Counted from the stretch's first letter, positions 51,231 to 64,000 are shown. The stretch: 64,000 nt of DNA from Nitrospirota bacterium (GCA_963721805.1 CAVRJY010000001.1:448001-512000); one strand, 5' to 3'. Program-made: numbers and translations. Notes: a model not told the origin generated them from the sequence alone.

Positions 51231-51402
51231 GCTCTTTGCAACGGAAAAGATTGGCTTAAATGCGATAGCTGCTTATGCTAATGGCAGGGTGGACAAAGGC
51301 ATAACCCATACCGCAAGCTCAGAGCTCTCCCACATCAGAAATCGGGCTCCGCCCTATTTTCCCACAGAACCTTTCTTTTGTGGAATTATTTATAATTTGT
51401 GC

Positions 51403-51648
51403 ATGCCCAATGTGCTCAGAGTCGGGAAGTACAGGTTTTTCTTTTTCAGCAAGGAGGGCGGTGAACCGCCGCACATACATGTCGAATCAGGCGATGATTA
51501 CGCCAAGTTCTGGCTATCGCAACTTTCTCTTGCAAAATCCATAGGGTATAATAGTAAAGAACTCGGGGAAATACGGATTATCGTCGCGGACAACGTCGAG
51601 ATGATGAAGGAGAAATGGAATGAGCACCTCAACCGCAAAATCGGCTGA
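51403..51648 (+). CDS. DUF4160 protein (putative toxin of a TA-like pair)
   Basis: MPNVLRVGKYRFFFFSKEGGEPPHIHV..AKFWL..WNEH. Confidence 0.88.
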   Translation: MPNVLRVGKYRFFFFSKEGGEPPHIHVESGDDYAKFWLSQLSLAKSIGYNSKELGEIRIIVADNVEMMKEKWNEHLNRKIG

Positions 51649-51859
51649 ACCCATGGCCAGCGCGGTCTGGTTCGACGCGGACAAGCTCCATGTGCGCCTG
51701 CTCGACGGCAGGGAGATAGGCGTCCCGCTTGAGTGGTTCCCAAGGCTCCGCGACGCGTCCGAGGCCCAGCGCGCCAATTGGAGGCTAATCGGCAGGGGCA
51801 TCGGCATACATTGGGACGAGATCGACGAGGACGTTTCGGTGGAGAGCATCCTGTCCTGA
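51620..51859 (+). CDS. DUF2442 protein (putative antitoxin)
   Basis: V.LLDGREIGVPLEWFPRL..A...R.NW..GIHWDEIDEDVSV. Confidence 0.9.
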   Translation: MSTSTAKSAEPMASAVWFDADKLHVRLLDGREIGVPLEWFPRLRDASEAQRANWRLIGRGIGIHWDEIDEDVSVESILS

Positions 51860-51950
51860 GTTGACCGCCCTCGGCGTGGGCATAATGCGGAGAACAAGGC
51901 GGCCCTATTTCCTGTATTAAATGTGGTTGGTGAGAGGTAAAATCGGAAAG

Positions 51951-52616
51951 ATGGTCACTGACGAATTTCACTTCGATTTGAACGCAAAGCGCACTCGCCT
52001 TAGCGACGACGATCTTATGATCGCATTGCAGTCTGCTGCTGAGACGCTTGGTGAGGGTTACTTTACGTCCATACAATACAATGCACTCCCCGGAAAACGG
52101 CCTCATTCTGACACAATAAGCGATCGCTTCGGTTCATGGAAAAAGGCACTGACACTCATTGGAATCGCTGGAGGTCGAGAAAGAAAGTATTCGCCCGAAA
52201 CGCTCATTGACAATATAGAAAACATTTGGAGGAAGTTGGGTTATCCGCCTGGCAAGAGGCAACTCTCAACCTGTGGGGAGAGAATTTCCGAGTCTCCATA
52301 CAAGAATCACTGGGGTAGCGTGCGTGCCGCATGCGAAGCACTTGAAGAGTTTCACTCTGGAAGAATCTCAAGAGAGCAACTGCTCAAAGGTAAGCCTAAT
52401 GAACCAACCCGTACAACAATCCCGTTGAAAGATAGATGGGCTGTATTGAAGCGCGACAACTATAGTTGTGCAAAGTGCGGTGCAAGCCCATCCAATGATC
52501 ACAACGTTGAACTAGAGGTTGACCACAAATTCCCCGTCGCAAGAGGTGGAGAAAATAGCCTTACTAATCTTCAAACACTCTGTCGAAAATGTAACCAAGG
52601 GAAGAAAGACAGATAA
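51951..52616 (+). CDS. HNH endonuclease with N-terminal homing-endonuclease-associated repeats
   Basis: Repeats ending RFGSWKKAL and HWGSVRAA; VLKRDNYSCAKCG, LEVDH..P..GG, NLQTLCRKCN..K. Confidence 0.88.
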   Translation: MVTDEFHFDLNAKRTRLSDDDLMIALQSAAETLGEGYFTSIQYNALPGKRPHSDTISDRFGSWKKALTLIGIAGGRERKYSPETLIDNIENIWRKLGYPPGKRQLSTCGERISESPYKNHWGSVRAACEALEEFHSGRISREQLLKGKPNEPTRTTIPLKDRWAVLKRDNYSCAKCGASPSNDHNVELEVDHKFPVARGGENSLTNLQTLCRKCNQGKKDR

Positions 52617-52689
52617 TTCCGGCCAACAAAAGACTGTTCAGCAGTCCACTCGAGTAGAAAATAGGAACGGCTCTATCCAATCAAACCCC

Positions 52690-52855
52690 TTCAACGGGGG
52701 CGCGGGGGGCTCCGTTATCCTCTCCCCCCGAAAGCGCGCCCAAATCGTCTTCAGACAAGGCAGGGCGAGAAGACCGCCCGATGGTGTACTGAGACGTACA
52801 TAGAGGGCGCGTCTTCGCAGCCCAACGCAGTATCAAGCGATTTGGAGCGCTTTGA
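52690..52855 (+). repeat. Family A copy A16
   Basis: GGGGGCGCGGGGGG...CGATTTGGAGCGCTTTG. Confidence 0.93.
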
Positions 52856-52865
52856 AGAAGGCAAC

Positions 52866-52898
52866 AAAAAAAGGGCCGGGAGAAAATCCCGGCCCTTT
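52866..52898 (-). terminator. Intrinsic terminator of trpB2
   Basis: AAAGGGCCGGGA-loop-TCCCGGCCCTTT with a 7-T run on the minus strand. Confidence 0.85.
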
Positions 52899-52914
52899 GT
52901 AGGCTGAGCTATAT

Positions 52915-54268
52915 CTATATCTTGGGCAGCTTGGCCAGCGACTCCTTGATCTTCTCTTCCGGATACTCATAGTCCACCAGCTTCCCCGCCATATAATCGG
53001 CATAGGCCATGAGGTCGAGATACCCATGTCCGCTCAGGTTGAACAGTATCGTCTTTTGCTTGCCCTCTTCCTTGGCAGCCAAGGCCTCGTCTATCGCGGC
53101 GCGGATCGCGTGCGAGCTCTCCGGGGCGGGTATGATCCCCTCGGTGTTCGCGAACTGAAGCGCGGCCTCGAAGACCGCGTTCTGGCCGTACGCCCTCGCC
53201 TCGATCAGGCCGTCTTTGTGGAGCTGGCAGACGAGCGGCGAGTCCGCGTGGTATCTGAGCCCTCCGGCGTGGATGCCGGGGGGCATGAAGTCGTGGCCCA
53301 GCGTGTACATCATCATCAGCGGCGTCATGCCGATCGAGTCGCCGAAGTCATACCGGAACTCGCCCTTGGTGAGCGTGGGGCAGCTTACGGGCTCGACCGC
53401 GATCACGCGCAGCTTCTTGCCGTTGATCTTGTCTTGCAGAAACGGGAAGCCGATGCCGCCGAGGTTGCTCCCGCCGCCGCAGCAGCCGATCACGATGTCC
53501 GGGTAGTCGCCCACGAGCGCGAGCTGCTTCTTCGCCTCCTGCCCGATAATGGTCTGGTGCAGCACCACGTGGTTGAGCACCGAGCCGAGGGCATAGTTCG
53601 TATCCGGCCTGCTCGCGGCGTCCTCGACGGCCTCCGAGATCGCGATGCCCAGGCTGCCCTGGCTGTTTGGGTCCTCGGCCAGTATCTTGCGCCCTGCGTT
53701 CGTGGTGTCCGACGGGCTCGGGATGACCTTCGCGCCCCAGGTCTCCATCGCTATGCGGCGGTAAGGCTTCTGGTTATAGCTGACCTTGACCATATAGACC
53801 ATGATCTCGATGCCGAACATCTTGCCCGGCCAGCGCGAGCGCCGAGCCCCACTGCCCCGCGCCGGTCTCGGTCGCGATGCGCTTGATCCCGGCCTGCTTG
53901 TTGTAGTAGGCCTGCGGGACCGAGGTGTTGGGCTTGTGGCTCCCGGCCGGGCTCACGCCCTCGTATTTGTAGTAAATCTTGGCCGGGGTGCCGAGCGCGG
54001 CCTCGAGCCTGTGCGCGCGGTACATCGGCGAGGGCCGCCAGAGGGTGTAGATGTCGAGGACCTCCTCGGGGATGTCGATCCAGCGCTGCGTGCTGACCTC
54101 CTGCTCGATCAGGGACATCGGGAAGATCGCGCTTAAGTCCTCCGGGCCTATCGGCTTGTGAGTGCCGGGGTGCAGCGGCGGCTGGACCGGGTTTGGCATG
54201 TCGGCCGCGATGTTATACCACTGGCGCGGCATCTCGGACTGCGGAAGGTTGATGATCGTCTGTCTCAT
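52915..54268 (-). CDS. trpB2: TrpB-like PLP enzyme (TrpB2), frameshift near 53825
   Basis: [22 protein letters not shown], then [35 protein letters not shown]. Confidence 0.92.
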
Positions 54269-54373
54269 CGAGCTGCGTCCCCCTTGAGGTTTGGATGTTT
54301 CGATTATATCACGGCATATGCGAGGGGGCCCCCTGTTAAATCCCGTGCCTGTTTTCCCTTATAATAAGACCCG

Positions 54374-56764
<2,391 letters not shown>

Positions 56765-56766
56765 CG

Positions 56767-57599
56767 ATGACGCGCAAGGTGAGCATAGGCGGTGTCGAAA
56801 TCGGGGCCCGTGGCCCCTTGCTGGTCATCGCCGGGCCCTGCGTGATCGAAGACAAAGAGACGATGATGCAGACCGCAGCCGAGATGCGCGACATTTGCGC
56901 CTCACTTGGACTGCCGTTCGTGTTTAAGAGTTCATACGACAAGGCCAACCGAAGCTCGGTCATCGTCCCCCCGCGGCCCCGGCATCGAGGCCGGGCTCGC
57001 GATGCTCAAAGAGATAAAAGACGCGCTCGGCGTGCCGGTCTTAAGCGACGTGCACACCCCCGAGGAGGCCACTGCGCGCGGCCAAGGTGCTCGACGCGCT
57101 GCAGATCCCGGCGTTCCTGTGCCGCCAGACTGACCTGATAGTCGCGGCCGCAAAGACAGGCAAGCCGGTCAATATCAAGAAGGGCCAGTTCCTTGCGCCC
57201 TGGGACGTCCAGAACATCATCGAGAAGGCCCGCTCTACCGGCAACGAAAATATCATGCTCACCGAGCGCGGGACTACGTTTGGGTACGGGAACCTCGTCG
57301 TGGACTTCAAGGGCGTGGCCCTGATGCGCACGTACGGGTATCCGGTGATATTCGACCTCACGCACAGCTTGCAGCTTCCGGGTGCTCAGGGCACGTTTAC
57401 CGGAGGCGAGCGGCAGTACGCCGCGCCGCTGATGCGCGCGGCATGCGGCGCGGGGATAGACGGGCTGTTTATAGAGGTCCACCCGGAGCCCGAGCGCGCG
57501 CTGTCGGACAAGACGACGGTGCTCCCGCTCTCTGACGTGCGCGCGATGCTCGAGGTCGCGCGCGACATACACGCGATAGTGAGGCGGGGCGGATTATGA
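56767..57599 (+). CDS. kdsA: KDO 8-phosphate synthase with frameshifts near 56960 and 57080
   Basis: [56 protein letters not shown]. Confidence 0.93.
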
Positions 57600-57623
57600 A
57601 AAGAAAAGAGCGATGAGCGGATC

Positions 57624-58604
57624 ATGAAGAAAAAAGAGATCGACGCGGCCGCCGAGGCCCGAAACGTGATACTGACCGAGGCCGACGCGCTGCGCGATAT
57701 GGCCGGGAGGATTACCCAGGACTTCTCACGCGCGGTCGATATGATCGCGGCCTCAAAGGGGCGCCTGATCGTGACCGGCATGGGCAAGTCCGGGCTGGTC
57801 GGGCAGAAGGTCGCGGCCACGCTGGCCTCGACCGGCACGCCCTCGTTCTTCCTGCACCCGGCCGAGGCCTCGCACGGGGACCTCGGGATGGTCACGCGCG
57901 AGGACATCGTGCTCGCGATATCCAACAGCGGCTCGACCGAGGAGATCGTAAACATCCTGCCCACGCTCAAACGCTTCGGCGTCGGGCTGATCTCGATGAC
58001 CGGAAACGCGGAGAGCGTGCTCGGGCGCGCGTCGGACGTGCACCTCGACGTCGCGGTCTCTAAGGAGGCCTGCCCGCTCGGGATCGTGCCTACGGCATCG
58101 ACTACCGCAGCGCTCGCGATGGGCGACGCGCTGGCCGTGGCGCTGCTTTTAAAGAGCGGGTTTAGCGAGGAGGACTTCGCGGCGTTTCACCCTAGAGGCG
58201 CGCTCGGCAAGAAACTGCTCATCCGGGTCTCTGACCTGATGCACGCCAAGGACGCGATGCCGCGCGTCTCGCCCACGATGCCGATGCGCCACGCCCTGAT
58301 CGAGATATCGACGAAGCGGCTCGGCCTGACGACCGTGGTCGACCAAAGCGGCGCGCTGCTTGGCGTCATCACGGACGGCGACCTCCGCCGCGCGATAGAG
58401 ACCCACGGGGGCAAGCTGTTTGACCTCACGGCGCAGGACATCATGGGCAAAAGCCCGAGGACGATCAGCGAGGACGAACTCGCCGCGGCCGCGCTTGCGC
58501 GCATGGAGGCCCACGCCATCACCGCGCTCGTAGCGCTTAACGAAAGCGGCTACCCCGTAGGCGTCATCCACATCCACGACATCCTCAAGGAGGGCATCGC
58601 GTGA
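57624..58604 (+). CDS. kdsD: Arabinose-5-phosphate isomerase (KpsF/GutQ)
   Basis: TGMGKSG, HPAEASHGDLG, EACP..PTASTT, FHP, CBS pair. Confidence 0.95.
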   Translation: MKKKEIDAAAEARNVILTEADALRDMAGRITQDFSRAVDMIAASKGRLIVTGMGKSGLVGQKVAATLASTGTPSFFLHPAEASHGDLGMVTREDIVLAISNSGSTEEIVNILPTLKRFGVGLISMTGNAESVLGRASDVHLDVAVSKEACPLGIVPTASTTAALAMGDALAVALLLKSGFSEEDFAAFHPRGALGKKLLIRVSDLMHAKDAMPRVSPTMPMRHALIEISTKRLGLTTVVDQSGALLGVITDGDLRRAIETHGGKLFDLTAQDIMGKSPRTISEDELAAAALARMEAHAITALVALNESGYPVGVIHIHDILKEGIA

Positions 58605-59137
58605 GCCATACCGCGGCCGTGCTCGAGGCCGCCGCGAAGGTGCGCATGCTCATCCTCGACGTCGACGGCGTGCTCACGGACGGCGGGATCATACTCGACG
58701 ACTTCGGCAACGAGATAAAGAAATTCCATGTCCGCGACGGCCACGGCATAAAGCTCGTCCAGCGCGCCGGCATCACCGTGGCGCTCATCACCGGGCGCAA
58801 CTCGCGCGTCGTCGCGCACCGCGCGCGCGAGCTCGGCATTAAAGAGGTCCACCAGCGCGTGTTTAAGAAGGCCGAGGTCTACGAGGCGATGCGCGACCGC
58901 TACTCGCTTAGCGACGAGGAGGTCGCGTTCATAGGCGACGACGTCGTGGACATACCGATACTCGTGCGCGTGGGGCTGCCGGTCTGCGTGGCCGACGCGG
59001 TCGTCGAGGCCAAGGAGCACGCGATGTTCGTCACCGATGCGCCCGGCGGCGGAGGGGCGGTGCGCGAGGTCACGGACCTGATCCTCAAGGCCAGGGGGCT
59101 CTGGCAGGGCATCATCGATGGCTATAGCAAGGCTTAA
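58601..59137 (+). CDS. kdsC: KDO 8-phosphate phosphatase
   Basis: LDVDGVLTDG, FHVRDGHG, FIGDDVVD, GGGGAVRE. Confidence 0.94.
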   Translation: MSHTAAVLEAAAKVRMLILDVDGVLTDGGIILDDFGNEIKKFHVRDGHGIKLVQRAGITVALITGRNSRVVAHRARELGIKEVHQRVFKKAEVYEAMRDRYSLSDEEVAFIGDDVVDIPILVRVGLPVCVADAVVEAKEHAMFVTDAPGGGGAVREVTDLILKARGLWQGIIDGYSKA

Positions 59138-59682
59138 CCTCCCGACCGTCCTGAGCCTCAGCCGCATCGTCATCATACCGCTTTTCATCTACGTCACGCC
59201 CGACTATAACGTGCTCGGCGCGGCGATATTCGCCCTGGCCTCGGTCACGGACTTCCTCGACGGATACCTCGCGCGCAGAAAGGGGCAGATCACGACCTTC
59301 GGGATCATCATCGACCCTATCGCGGACAAGTTCCTGGTGATCTCGGCCCTGTTCCTGCTCGTGGACATGGGGAGGCTCTCGGTGCTCCCGGCGGTCATCA
59401 TAACCGTCAGGGAGTTTCTGATCACCGCGCTTCGGGGCGTGGCGCTCGCGAAGGACATAGTGATAAAGGCCGAGATGGGCGGCAAGCTCAAGGTCGGCGC
59501 GCAGATCACGGCCGTGATATGCCTGATACTCGGCTGGGACGTTATCGGGATCGATTTCTTCGACCTCGGCATAGCCGCGATATGGGTATCGGTCGTGCTC
59601 GGGGTCATCTCCGGGGTGCAGTATATCGTCGCGTTCTGGCGCAGGCTCGCCGCAGAGAACAGGGCAGGGCGACGTTCGGTGA
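59118..59682 (+). CDS. pgsA: CDP-diacylglycerol--glycerol-3-phosphate phosphatidyltransferase (3' end affected by an indel)
   Basis: LSRI, TDFLDGYLAR, DPIADK, REFLIT.LR, GKLK. Confidence 0.9.
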
Positions 59683-60276
59683 TCGGCGTCAAGGAGGCGT
59701 TGCTGTGCCGTGATGGCCTATCTGGTCGGGGGGATCCCGTTCGGCCTGATATTTTCGCGCATGAAGGGCGTGGACCTGCGTGCGGTCGGCAGCGGCAACA
59801 TCGGCGCGACCAACGCGCTTCGCGGCGCCGGAAAGACGGTGGCCGCCCTGACGCTGCTGGGCGATATCGCAAAGGGCACGGCGGCGGTGGCCTTAGGCCG
59901 CGCGTTTGGAGCGAGCGAGGCGCTTCAGGGAGCTCTCGGGGTGCTCGCGGTGCTCGGCCACGACTTCCCGGCGTTTTTGGGCTTCCGGGGGGGCAAGGGC
60001 GTTGCGACCAGCCTCGGGGTCATATTGATTTACTTACCGGGGGCTGGTATCCTTACTATAGTTATCTGGCTTATTGTGGCATTGGTATTCAGGTATTCGT
60101 CACTCGGGGCGCTGGTCTCGTTCGCCGCCCTGCCGTTGGTCGCGTGGGGTCTTGGGTATGGGGGCATCAAGATCGCTGTGGCGTGCGTCCTGACCGCACT
60201 GCTTGTGGCGAGACACCATGAAAACATTCGGAGGCTTCTTGCCGGGACCGAAAGCAGGATCGGCAGCAAAGTCTAG
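59679..60276 (+). CDS. plsY: Glycerol-3-phosphate acyltransferase (indel near 59705)
   Basis: YLVGGIPFG, DLR..GSGNIGATNA.R, FRGGKGVAT, RHHENIRRL..GTE. Confidence 0.93.
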
Positions 60277-61944
60277 CCTCATCCTTCTGGCCGGTGCGCT
60301 ATGCGCCGCGCTGATACTTGCCGTCTCATTCTCCTGGGCGCAGCCGGCCCCGGGCTACCTCGACAAGCTCCTGGACCGCGGCCTCTCGACGGACAGCTAC
60401 GAAAGCCGCGTGCTGATGCAGCAGGCCTCCGAGGCCCACGGCGGGGACGCGGCGCGGCTGCTCGCCGATGCGGCAGCGATAAGCCCGGACCTCCCGGCCG
60501 TGCATTTGCGGCTCGCGCTGGCGGCCCTGCCTGACGCGTTTGAGTCGCTAAGCGAGCTGATCGCGGCCGGCGAGGCCTACAAGCACAGCTTCTGGTGGTC
60601 GATGAGCCTGCGCGCAAGCGCGCTGCAAGCCCTCGTGGCCGCCGTCATGCTCGGCCTCGCGGGGCTGATCGCGATCAGGCTTACGGTCGACCTGCCGCTT
60701 TTGATGCACGATATCAACGAAAAACGCGTGCGCCTCATCCTGCCTGCCCTGATGCTCCCGTTTTCGCCCCTGGGGCCGGCCCTCGTGCTGCTCGCTGCGC
60801 TTATGACCGTCTGCCTGTATGCGCGCAAGGGCGTGGCGGTGTTCTATCTGGCGGCGGTCTTCGCGGTAGCGCTGCCCGCGCTCCAGGGCCCGCTCGATGA
60901 CGCGTACACCGCCAGCATGCCCCGGATGGCCGCGATAGTCGGCGTCAACGAGGGCTCGACCAACCGCTACGCCATAGGCGTGCTTGCGGGGCACGACGAC
61001 TACATGTCGAGGTTCGCTTACGGCCTGGCGCTCAGGCGCGACGGCCGCATAGAGGACTCGGTCGCGGTATTCCGCAAGCTGCTTGCCGAGACGCCCGATG
61101 ACGGCCGGGCGCTGATAAACCTCGGCAACGCGCAATTCGCCGCCGGCCGCTTCGCCGAGGCGCGCGACTCATACCAGAAGGCGTACGATAGCTCAAAGAC
61201 CGTCGTCTCGGCCTATAACCTGGCCATGGCCTCGCGCGCGCTTTTCGATTACGCCTCGGGCGACAAGTTCTACGCCGAGGCCGCGGCGCTTGACGCCCAG
61301 GTGGTGTCGGCCTTCAACTCCATCGCATCCAAAAACCCGAACCGGACCGTCATGGACTCGGTCTTCACCCACGCCGAACTCGAGGACTACATCGCGCATA
61401 ACGCCACTAATGCGGCCTCGCTCTACCCGCTGGGCGGCAAGGCCGCGATGGCCGGGGCCGGGGTGCTGGCCGTGATATTCACGGTGCTCCTGTTTTCGGG
61501 CATCGGGCTTGCGGGCCGCTGCACGAACTGCGGCAAGGTGCTCTGCGAGCGCTGCGCGCCGACGAGGAACTATGCCGGCAAGTGCGCCTCGTGCCACAGG
61601 CTGCTTGCGGAGTTCGACGACACCAGCCCGAGGGCCAAGGTGGCGCGCATGCTCTCGTCCATGCGCATCAAGGACAAGATGCGCGACCGCCTGAAGGCGC
61701 TCTCGTTCGCCCCGCCGGGCATCGCCCAGATATTCGCCGGGAAGCTCTTGGAGGGTTTCCTCTACCTCACCGGGTTCCTGTTTCTGGTATTCGCGGCCAT
61801 ACTCGCGGCCGACCCCATCTTCACGGTCGGCCTCGCGGGGCTGACCCACCTCTGGCTCACGCCGCCCCTGGCGGCCGCGGCGGCCTGCTGTATCTGTTGT
61901 CATTCATGTCCGTAAACCGGAGGCTCGAAATCGGATGGCTCTAG
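60218..61944 (+). CDS. TPR-containing membrane protein (frameshift near 61885)
   Basis: TM segments, ALINLGNA TPR, CxxC..CxxC..CxxC; the shifted frame ends LLYLLSFMSVNRRLEIGWL. Confidence 0.75.
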
Positions 61945-62972
61945 AGGGATCGCTCAGGGAGTTCAGCCTCGCCGACATATTGCAGCTCCTGCACTTCCAG
62001 CGGAAGACCGGGGTGCTCACGATCGCGGGCAAGTCCGACAAGATCCGGCTGATGTTCAACGAGGGCCAGATAGTCGCGGCCGAGAGCCAGAAGCGCGACG
62101 TCGCGGGGCGCCTGGGCCGGGTGCTGGTATCGCGCGGGATCATAACCGAGGACTCGCTCGAGCAGGCCATCGAACGGCAGAAGGACTCGGGCATGCGCCT
62201 CGGAGAGATACTCATCGCCGACGGCCGCGCCACGCCCGAGGACATCAAGGGCGTGCTCTCGTTTCAGATCACCGAGGCAGTAAACCAGCTCTTCACCTGG
62301 AAGGAGGGCCGGTACGACTTCACCGCGCAGGCCGTGCCCGTGGACCAGGAGCTCTCGGTGAGCCTCGATACGCAGCACGTCCTGATGGAGGGCCTGCGCC
62401 TCCTTGACGAATGGACCCAGCTCGGGGACATGATAAACGTCGATACCGTATTCGTCCAGAGGGAGAACCCCGATGCCGAGGTCACGGACGAGGAGCAGCG
62501 CATACTCGCGTTCGTCGACGGCGCAAACGACGTCGGCACTATCGCGGACCTCACAGGCATAGACAGCTTCAACGTCTCGATGCTGCTGCTGGGGCTCATA
62601 CAGAAGGGCAGGGCCGCCAAGAAAGAGGCGATTACCGCGCAGTCGGTCGCGGCGGTGCGCATCTACATCCCGCCGCCCCCGGTGCCGCAGCTCACGCTCA
62701 TCCTCGCCCTGATGCTGGCGGTATCGCTGGCCATAAGCGTGGCGCTCGTCTGGGCCACCGGTGACGTGCGGGCGTTTAAGGCCGCAACGCAGATAGACCG
62801 CATTCGCACCTCTGTCGAAATGCAGCAGCGCATGAGCGGCTCGTACCCGGCGGCGATAGAAGGCACTGACCCGTGGGGGACGCCGTATGTATATCAAGCG
62901 ACCGCGCAGGGATTCACCATCTTCTCCGCAGGGCCGGATCGCACGCCCAACACGCCGGACGACATCCACTAA
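61935..62972 (+). CDS. DUF4388 domain protein with GspG-like C-terminus
   Basis: MALEGSLREFSLADILQLL..KTGVL, RLGEIL, W.EG.Y.F; DPWGTPY..IFSAGPD..DDI. Confidence 0.85.
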   Translation: MALEGSLREFSLADILQLLHFQRKTGVLTIAGKSDKIRLMFNEGQIVAAESQKRDVAGRLGRVLVSRGIITEDSLEQAIERQKDSGMRLGEILIADGRATPEDIKGVLSFQITEAVNQLFTWKEGRYDFTAQAVPVDQELSVSLDTQHVLMEGLRLLDEWTQLGDMINVDTVFVQRENPDAEVTDEEQRILAFVDGANDVGTIADLTGIDSFNVSMLLLGLIQKGRAAKKEAITAQSVAAVRIYIPPPPVPQLTLILALMLAVSLAISVALVWATGDVRAFKAATQIDRIRTSVEMQQRMSGSYPAAIEGTDPWGTPYVYQATAQGFTIFSAGPDRTPNTPDDIH

Positions 62973-62986
62973 ATCGTTTTCAATCC

Positions 62987-63159
62987 AAAGTCGCGTTAAA
63001 TACGCGTGATACGTTGTCAGGCCTTCAAAGACGCGCCCTCGGAGTACGTCTCAGTACACCGTCGGGCGGTCTTCTCGCCCTTCCTAGTCTGACGCGATTT
63101 ATCGCGCTTTAAGTGGCTGATGCGGGATCGTGCGAGCGGTCAACGGCATTGATTAGAGC
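62987..63159 (-). repeat. Family A copy A17 (subtype a)
   Basis: Close to A9; ends GCGAGCGGTCAACGGCATTGATTAGAGC. Confidence 0.92.
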
Positions 63160-63246
63160 GCCCCAGCATATTATTATTTGATGCCACGCAAAGCAACTAA
63201 GGTTTATTTTGACATCATAGGCCATTCAAGAGTATTATAAGAATCT

Positions 63247-63831
63247 ATGGAAACTGAGATAAAATTAAATCAAATAAATATTAAGGTTCCTGGCAACTGG
63301 AACAGAAGAATTTTTTCACCAGCTTGGATTAGCAAGAATTTTACTGTGCCCGAAGGTATTCGTGAGATAAATTTACTTTTTAATCCAGACGATATAGAGA
63401 TCGGCTATAAAATAATGGGAGTGCAAATTTTTCCTAAAGAAAACGAATTGGCCTTAGTTATTGGAAATTCAGACGAAATTAACAATGACAACATACTTTT
63501 ATGTTTTAAGCTTTTCATAAAGATTTTAGACATTCTTCCTCAAACCCCGATAAAAGCAATTGGATTCAATGTGGACTATTTGTTACCTGTTAATGCAAAG
63601 TCTAATTTAGGTGATTGGATAAAAAAGCAAAAACAAGATTATGAAAAGCTCGCAATGAATGGCTTGACATTAAAACAAGACACCGAGAAATATACATTAA
63701 ATTTAAAAATCGAAATCATCGCAGATACCTTTAAGGTAGATTTTAATTACCATTTCAAAAATTACGTTGACATTGATCAATCTCCAGATTTTTTCATAAA
63801 GCTTATCGAAGACACAAAGAGGTACTTATAA
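63247..63831 (+). CDS. AT-rich hypothetical protein (cargo)
   Basis: 194-aa ORF; GNWNRRIFSPAWI, LPQTPIKAIGFN, DFNYH. Confidence 0.7.
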   Translation: METEIKLNQINIKVPGNWNRRIFSPAWISKNFTVPEGIREINLLFNPDDIEIGYKIMGVQIFPKENELALVIGNSDEINNDNILLCFKLFIKILDILPQTPIKAIGFNVDYLLPVNAKSNLGDWIKKQKQDYEKLAMNGLTLKQDTEKYTLNLKIEIIADTFKVDFNYHFKNYVDIDQSPDFFIKLIEDTKRYL

Positions 63832-64000
63832 TGTCTGACTCTCCTAATATGGCGCTCTCAAACACTGAAAACAATGAGCATGAAAATATCTGGACATTTT
63901 CTATAGAGAATCCACATAACCAATTTAGCTTTAAATTTCCAGAGCGAACTTTTAGGACAAAGTATTTCACTGTCTTAAGCAACTTGACGCGCACAGAAGA
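63831..64000 (+). CDS. AT-rich hypothetical protein, truncated by the window end
   Basis: TAATG stop-start coupling; frame open to the edge. Confidence 0.5.
   Translation, partial: MSDSPNMALSNTENNEHENIWTFSIENPHNQFSFKFPERTFRTKYFTVLSNLTRTE

Noticed and set aside
52617..52660. Possible integron attC after the HNH gene (GGCCAAC...)
   Set aside because: No matching GTTRRRY box with a paired stem could be built, and no intI is present.
59118..60221. 367-aa PgsA with a long C-terminal extension
   Set aside because: The extension is an off-frame read of plsY caused by indels near 59665-59705.

Overview
GC-rich bacterial chromosomal segment. Gene content and order (dprA-topA, argG, murA, uvrC, kdsB-pyrG-kdsA-kdsD-kdsC-pgsA-plsY, TrpB2, multiheme cytochromes, selenoproteins) suggest an anaerobic diderm such as Nitrospirota or Desulfobacterota (inference). 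It holds about 60 CDS: housekeeping, signalling, Zn uptake and redox genes. Many single-base frameshifts fall in essential genes and are most likely assembly errors. The most striking feature is non-coding: a ~170-200 bp structured repeat (family A) at 17 loci in both orientations, with compensatory base changes in its stems. Four copies carry an extra AT-rich arm (family C) with palindromes and TCCGAACA repeats. In each of these four cases an accessory gene or gene set starts just beyond the arm, reads away from it, and is closed by an inverted A copy, giving a cassette-like layout with no integrase or transposase in the window. A duplicated iron-sulfur flavoprotein gene is also bracketed by A copies at both of its loci. 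The ORF track misses several small genes: two probable selenoproteins with in-frame UGA plus a SECIS-like hairpin (one lies inside a repeat-bracketed cassette), a triheme cytochrome c, and a 57-aa ORF in the smg position. A nine-CxxCH HAO-like cytochrome with a SHOCT-tailed partner is also present. No rRNA, tRNA or CRISPR array was recognised.
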